DNA from: an uncultured Planctomycetota bacterium
GTDB lineage: Bacteria > Planctomycetota > Planctomycetia > Gemmatales > Gemmataceae
DNA length: 64,000 nucleotides
Direction of reading: 5' to 3'
NCBI GenBank assembly: GCA_963849325.1
Contig: CAWKHF010000011.1
Location: 32,001-96,000 of the forward strand
In this document: positions 60,878 through 64,000 of the stretch, in pieces
How the letters are laid out: each line of letters begins with the position of its first letter
How positions within the stretch are numbered: the first letter of the stretch is position 1
Translations under genes and position numbers: made by a program
Notes under the pieces: generated by a model
Database searches by the model: none
Seen by the model: the letters and a program-made list of their open reading frames with translations, nothing else
Told to the model about the DNA's origin: nothing

Positions 60878-63104
60878 TCAATCAGGCAAATCGATCGGGT
60901 CGATCAGCCGCAGCTCCAGGTCCGGGACGATGCGCTCCGTCTGCACCTGGCGCAGGGCTGCAAAAGCCGGAAGCTTATTCACCGTATGCCAGAAGCGGGG
61001 ATCCTTCAGGATCGCGTCTGCAGGCTGTCCGTTGGCGATGGCCTGCCGGAGATGGAAGAAGGTTCGTTCGATCCGCTGCTCTCGCACCCGCAAGTGTAGG
61101 GACGTCACGATGGGGGCATCGAACCAGACAGGGGCGCGAGCGAGGTCATCGCGGGCAACCGTGATGTACAAAAGGGCGGCATCCCGACACAGACGCGGGG
61201 GGACGGGTCCGAGTTGGATGGCGCGTTCGATGTCGTCCAGGGCCGTGGCGGGGACGGTGTTCCACTTCTGATTTCCCCGCATGTACAAGGCCAGCATGGC
61301 TCGATTGTACAGGACCGCCTGGCAGTTGGGATCGAGTTGGGCCGCCGCGTTCAAATCGTCCGCAGCTTTGTAGTACTCCTTTCGGAGGAGGTATGTATAA
61401 GCCCGATTGTTTAACACCATGACCGGCCGGTAACCGGATCCTTGTATTTGGTTATACCATTCAATGGCTTGCTTGGGATACTGCTCGCGGCTACGAATAT
61501 AAGCCTTCACGGCAAGGGTTGGGGCATCATAGGATTCCTCCCCGATCAGATTCACATCCTCCCAGGCTTGATCGAGTTTATCCTTGGCTTGCTCGCCCGT
61601 CAGGTACTTACTCTGCTTCAACCGAGCACAGCCGCGAGCGAAGCGGAGACGCGGATTGCCCGGCTCGGCGCACGGCCTGATCGAAGTGTTTCTCCGCCTC
61701 ATCGTAATTGCCGGCCCGGTAGAACGCCACGCCTTGCTGATACTCGCGTTCGCTGTAGGGCGGCGTGACCGACCAGGCATAGCCGGCGATCGCGGCCGTC
61801 AGCGCGAACAAGCAGACGGTGGCCAGGACCATCCGGGGATGGACGGCAATCCATCGACGCAGTCGGCGAGCCGGAGAGAACTGCCGTCGCAGTTCGGCGG
61901 CGACTACCGCGGCGCTCCGTGGCCGGCCGACCGGATCGAGGCTCAGGCAGCGGTCCAGGACGGCAGCGACCGGACGCTCCAGCTCGGGACAAACGCCACG
62001 AAACGAACGGAAGCCAATCGTCCATCGTTCCAGCAGGACTCGGGCCAGCGGCTTCTCGATCAGCTCCGGCGAGACCGAACCGTAGGGTTTGTCTCCCGTC
62101 AGCAGTTCGTAGACGATCACGCCAAGAGAAAAGAGGTCGGCGCGTTCATCCCACGCGGCCGTGTTTTCGCCCAGGAAGGCCCGCAGCTGCTCGGGGGCCG
62201 CGTAACGCAGGGTGGCGCCCCGAGGAGCGTCGGACTCGAGCGCGCTGCTGGACAGGTTGAAATCGAGCAGTAACGGCTTGCCGGACGGATCGAGGAGGAC
62301 GTTGGACAGCTTCAGGTCGCGGTGGCAGACGCCGCGCTCGTGCAAGAACGCCAGCGCCTCCGCCAACTGGACGGCCAGATGAATCACGCCGTCGGCGTAG
62401 CTCATCGTTCGCAGACGCGGGTCGGGGTCGGCCGGCGGATCCTCCGGCTGAGCGCAGGCGCGAAGAACGTCGAAGAGGGCGGCCGCCTTCCGCGGCCGCG
62501 GCGCGTGTGGGGACGGCAAGAGCCGATCGAGGACGTCTTCCAGGGTGGCGCTGCCCAGGTACGGCATGCGCACGACCGTTAGCCCGGTGGCATGGTCTCG
62601 CCCGGCCGACAGGATGGGGACGATGTGCGGATGGGACAACCGGCCCATCGTCCGCGCCTCGATCTCGCCGCCGCGGGAGAACTTGACGGCCACCAGCCGG
62701 CCGCCGGTGGACGTTTCGCGGGCCAGGAATACTCGCGCGAAGGCGCCTCGGCCGAGCTGCCGCACGATGGTCAGATCGCCCCGCTGTTCGCCCGCGACCG
62801 GACAGCCAGCCGTCTCCAGGCCGAAGTATTGCGGGTTCTTCCCTGCGAACAGGTCGATCTGAAGCAGGTTCTGCAACGCGCTGCGGCAGGAAGGGAAGCT
62901 CGCGCAGTAGCTCGACAGGTCGAGCCGTTCTCCTTCCTCCAGCCGGCGATAATACTCTTCGTAGGCGTGCTCCAGCAGGACGGATTTCGAGACGGGCGGC
63001 GCATCGGGGTCGCGGCGAGCCGACGGAGCGATTTCCGTCGGCGGGCCAGTGGCGGAGACGGCGACGTCCCACGCCTCGGAGGCAGCCTTCTCCGCCGGTG
63101 TCAT
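60878..63104 (-). CDS. Membrane Ser/Thr protein kinase with C-terminal TPR repeats; frameshift near 61670
   Basis: LGRGAFARV, VAVK, HRDLKLSN, DFNL, YAAPE, ADLFSLGV; TM MVLATVCLFALTAAIAGYAW; TPR-like VLNNRAYTY, VLYNRAML. Confidence 0.9.
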
Positions 63105-63681
63105 GGCGCCTTGTGCTCTCGGTTCAACTTCTGCAGCACGCGATGGATCATTCGGGGAGGGACGCCCAGGCAGTCGGCGATTTCGCGCTGCGAATGTCCC
63201 TGGCGCAGCATCCACAGGGCCATACGGACCTTGGGAGGGAGATCCTGCAGCAGGCGCTGCCATTCCTCTTCCGCGATGGCCAGTTGACTCGGTGTGGGGT
63301 GCGGCCCCGCCGGCTCATTGCCGGGATCGTCTTCCGTCGGCAGCCGCAGCTCCTCCACGTCCCGATCGTTGTGCTTGGCCGTCTGTTGCCGCTGCCGGAA
63401 GGCATCGATGATCTTGCGGTGCGCGAGTCGAACCAGGAAGGAGACGAGTTCCTTGGGATCCTTGAAGGTGTAGCGCTCCGCCGGAAGGTGCAAGAAGGAC
63501 GCCCAGGCGTCCTGGGCGAAGTCCATCGAATCGAACTGGGCGCGCAGCGCTCGTCCAGGCGACGGCGGACGACCATGTGAATTTCTTTGCCGTAGCGCTC
63601 GAAGAGCCTGCCGACCGCTTCCGGGCAGCCCGAGCGGACGGCCTGCATGAGCTGCTCGAATTCATTCGTCTCCATGGACAT
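63101..63681 (-). CDS. ECF sigma-70 factor translationally coupled to the kinase; frameshift near 63550
   Basis: AVRSGCPEAVGRLFERY...VRRRL, FDSMDFAQDAWASF, FLVRLAHRKIIDAFR, PTPSQLA, GHSQREIADCLGV; stop overlaps the kinase ATG. Confidence 0.88.
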
Positions 63682-64000
63682 ACGGAGCCTCCACTCGGGG
63701 AACCGGGCTGTGTCCCTCCGGCGGGACTCCCCCTTCTTCGGCCCGCGAGATCCAAGCTGCGGGCGGCACAGCGACGCGGCAGATGATACGAGGTATCGCC
63801 TAAAAGGGATAGGATAGACCGACTCGCAACGTCGATGCAAGGGAAAAACGGGAGGCGGTCAGGCACGCCGTCGGCGGCAGCGGCAAATTGCTCTTTACAG
63901 CCCCCGTCGTTTGTGGCATAGGCTCTCCCTCTCACGGTTCACAGTCGGAAGGGAGTCGGCCAGATCGCTGGGGGGCGATCGGCCCAGGGGGATCGGCCGG

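Noticed and set aside
1-64000. Widespread frameshifts read as mass pseudogenisation or programmed frameshifting
   Set aside because: Single-base breaks hit many unrelated genes, including thrC and rnd, while motifs stay intact on both sides. Long-read indel error is the simpler explanation.
63690-64000. ORFs upstream of the terminal ECF gene
   Set aside because: No recognisable motifs or consistent coding pattern; probably a regulatory region cut by the window edge.

Overview
GC-rich bacterial DNA that looks like a Planctomycetota (Gemmataceae-like) genome. This assignment is an inference from the ECF/Ser-Thr kinase pairs, a planctomycete-type secreted-protein signature and AACGLA/AKPQAA-type palindromes. 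Many genes, including housekeeping ones, are split by single-base frameshifts, most likely uncorrected long-read errors. 1-15.6 kb holds the 3' end of RNase D, an ABC exporter, thrC, Hsp20, a large kinase-AAA-TPR protein, a convergent FAD oxidoreductase fused to an acetoacetate-decarboxylase-like domain, a decayed ECF/kinase/WD40 module and a catalytically degenerate AroD-AroE fusion. 15.7-49.8 kb is a ~34 kb minus-strand Wzx/Wzy polysaccharide locus led by a NusG-paralog antiterminator. It encodes WecA, a GDP-mannose 3,5-epimerase-like enzyme, 8 glycosyltransferases, 8 methyltransferases, carbamoyl-, amido- and acyltransferases, a 2OG-type oxygenase, two DUF218 proteins and Wzc. 50.5-55.0 kb is a divergent four-gene SGNH-MBOAT-fatty acyl-AMP ligase-ACP operon with DltABCD-like architecture, the best candidate for a new system. 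The rest holds a TnpB remnant, a PP2C phosphatase, a methyltransferase plus FAD oxidoreductase pair, a PAS-REC protein and an ECF sigma/kinase-TPR/secreted protein module. The window is rich in non-coding structure: several REP-like palindrome families, inverted heptamer arrays (three inserted in frame in proteins) and two copies of an 89-bp MITE with TAA target duplications. No rRNA, tRNA or CRISPR array was recognised.
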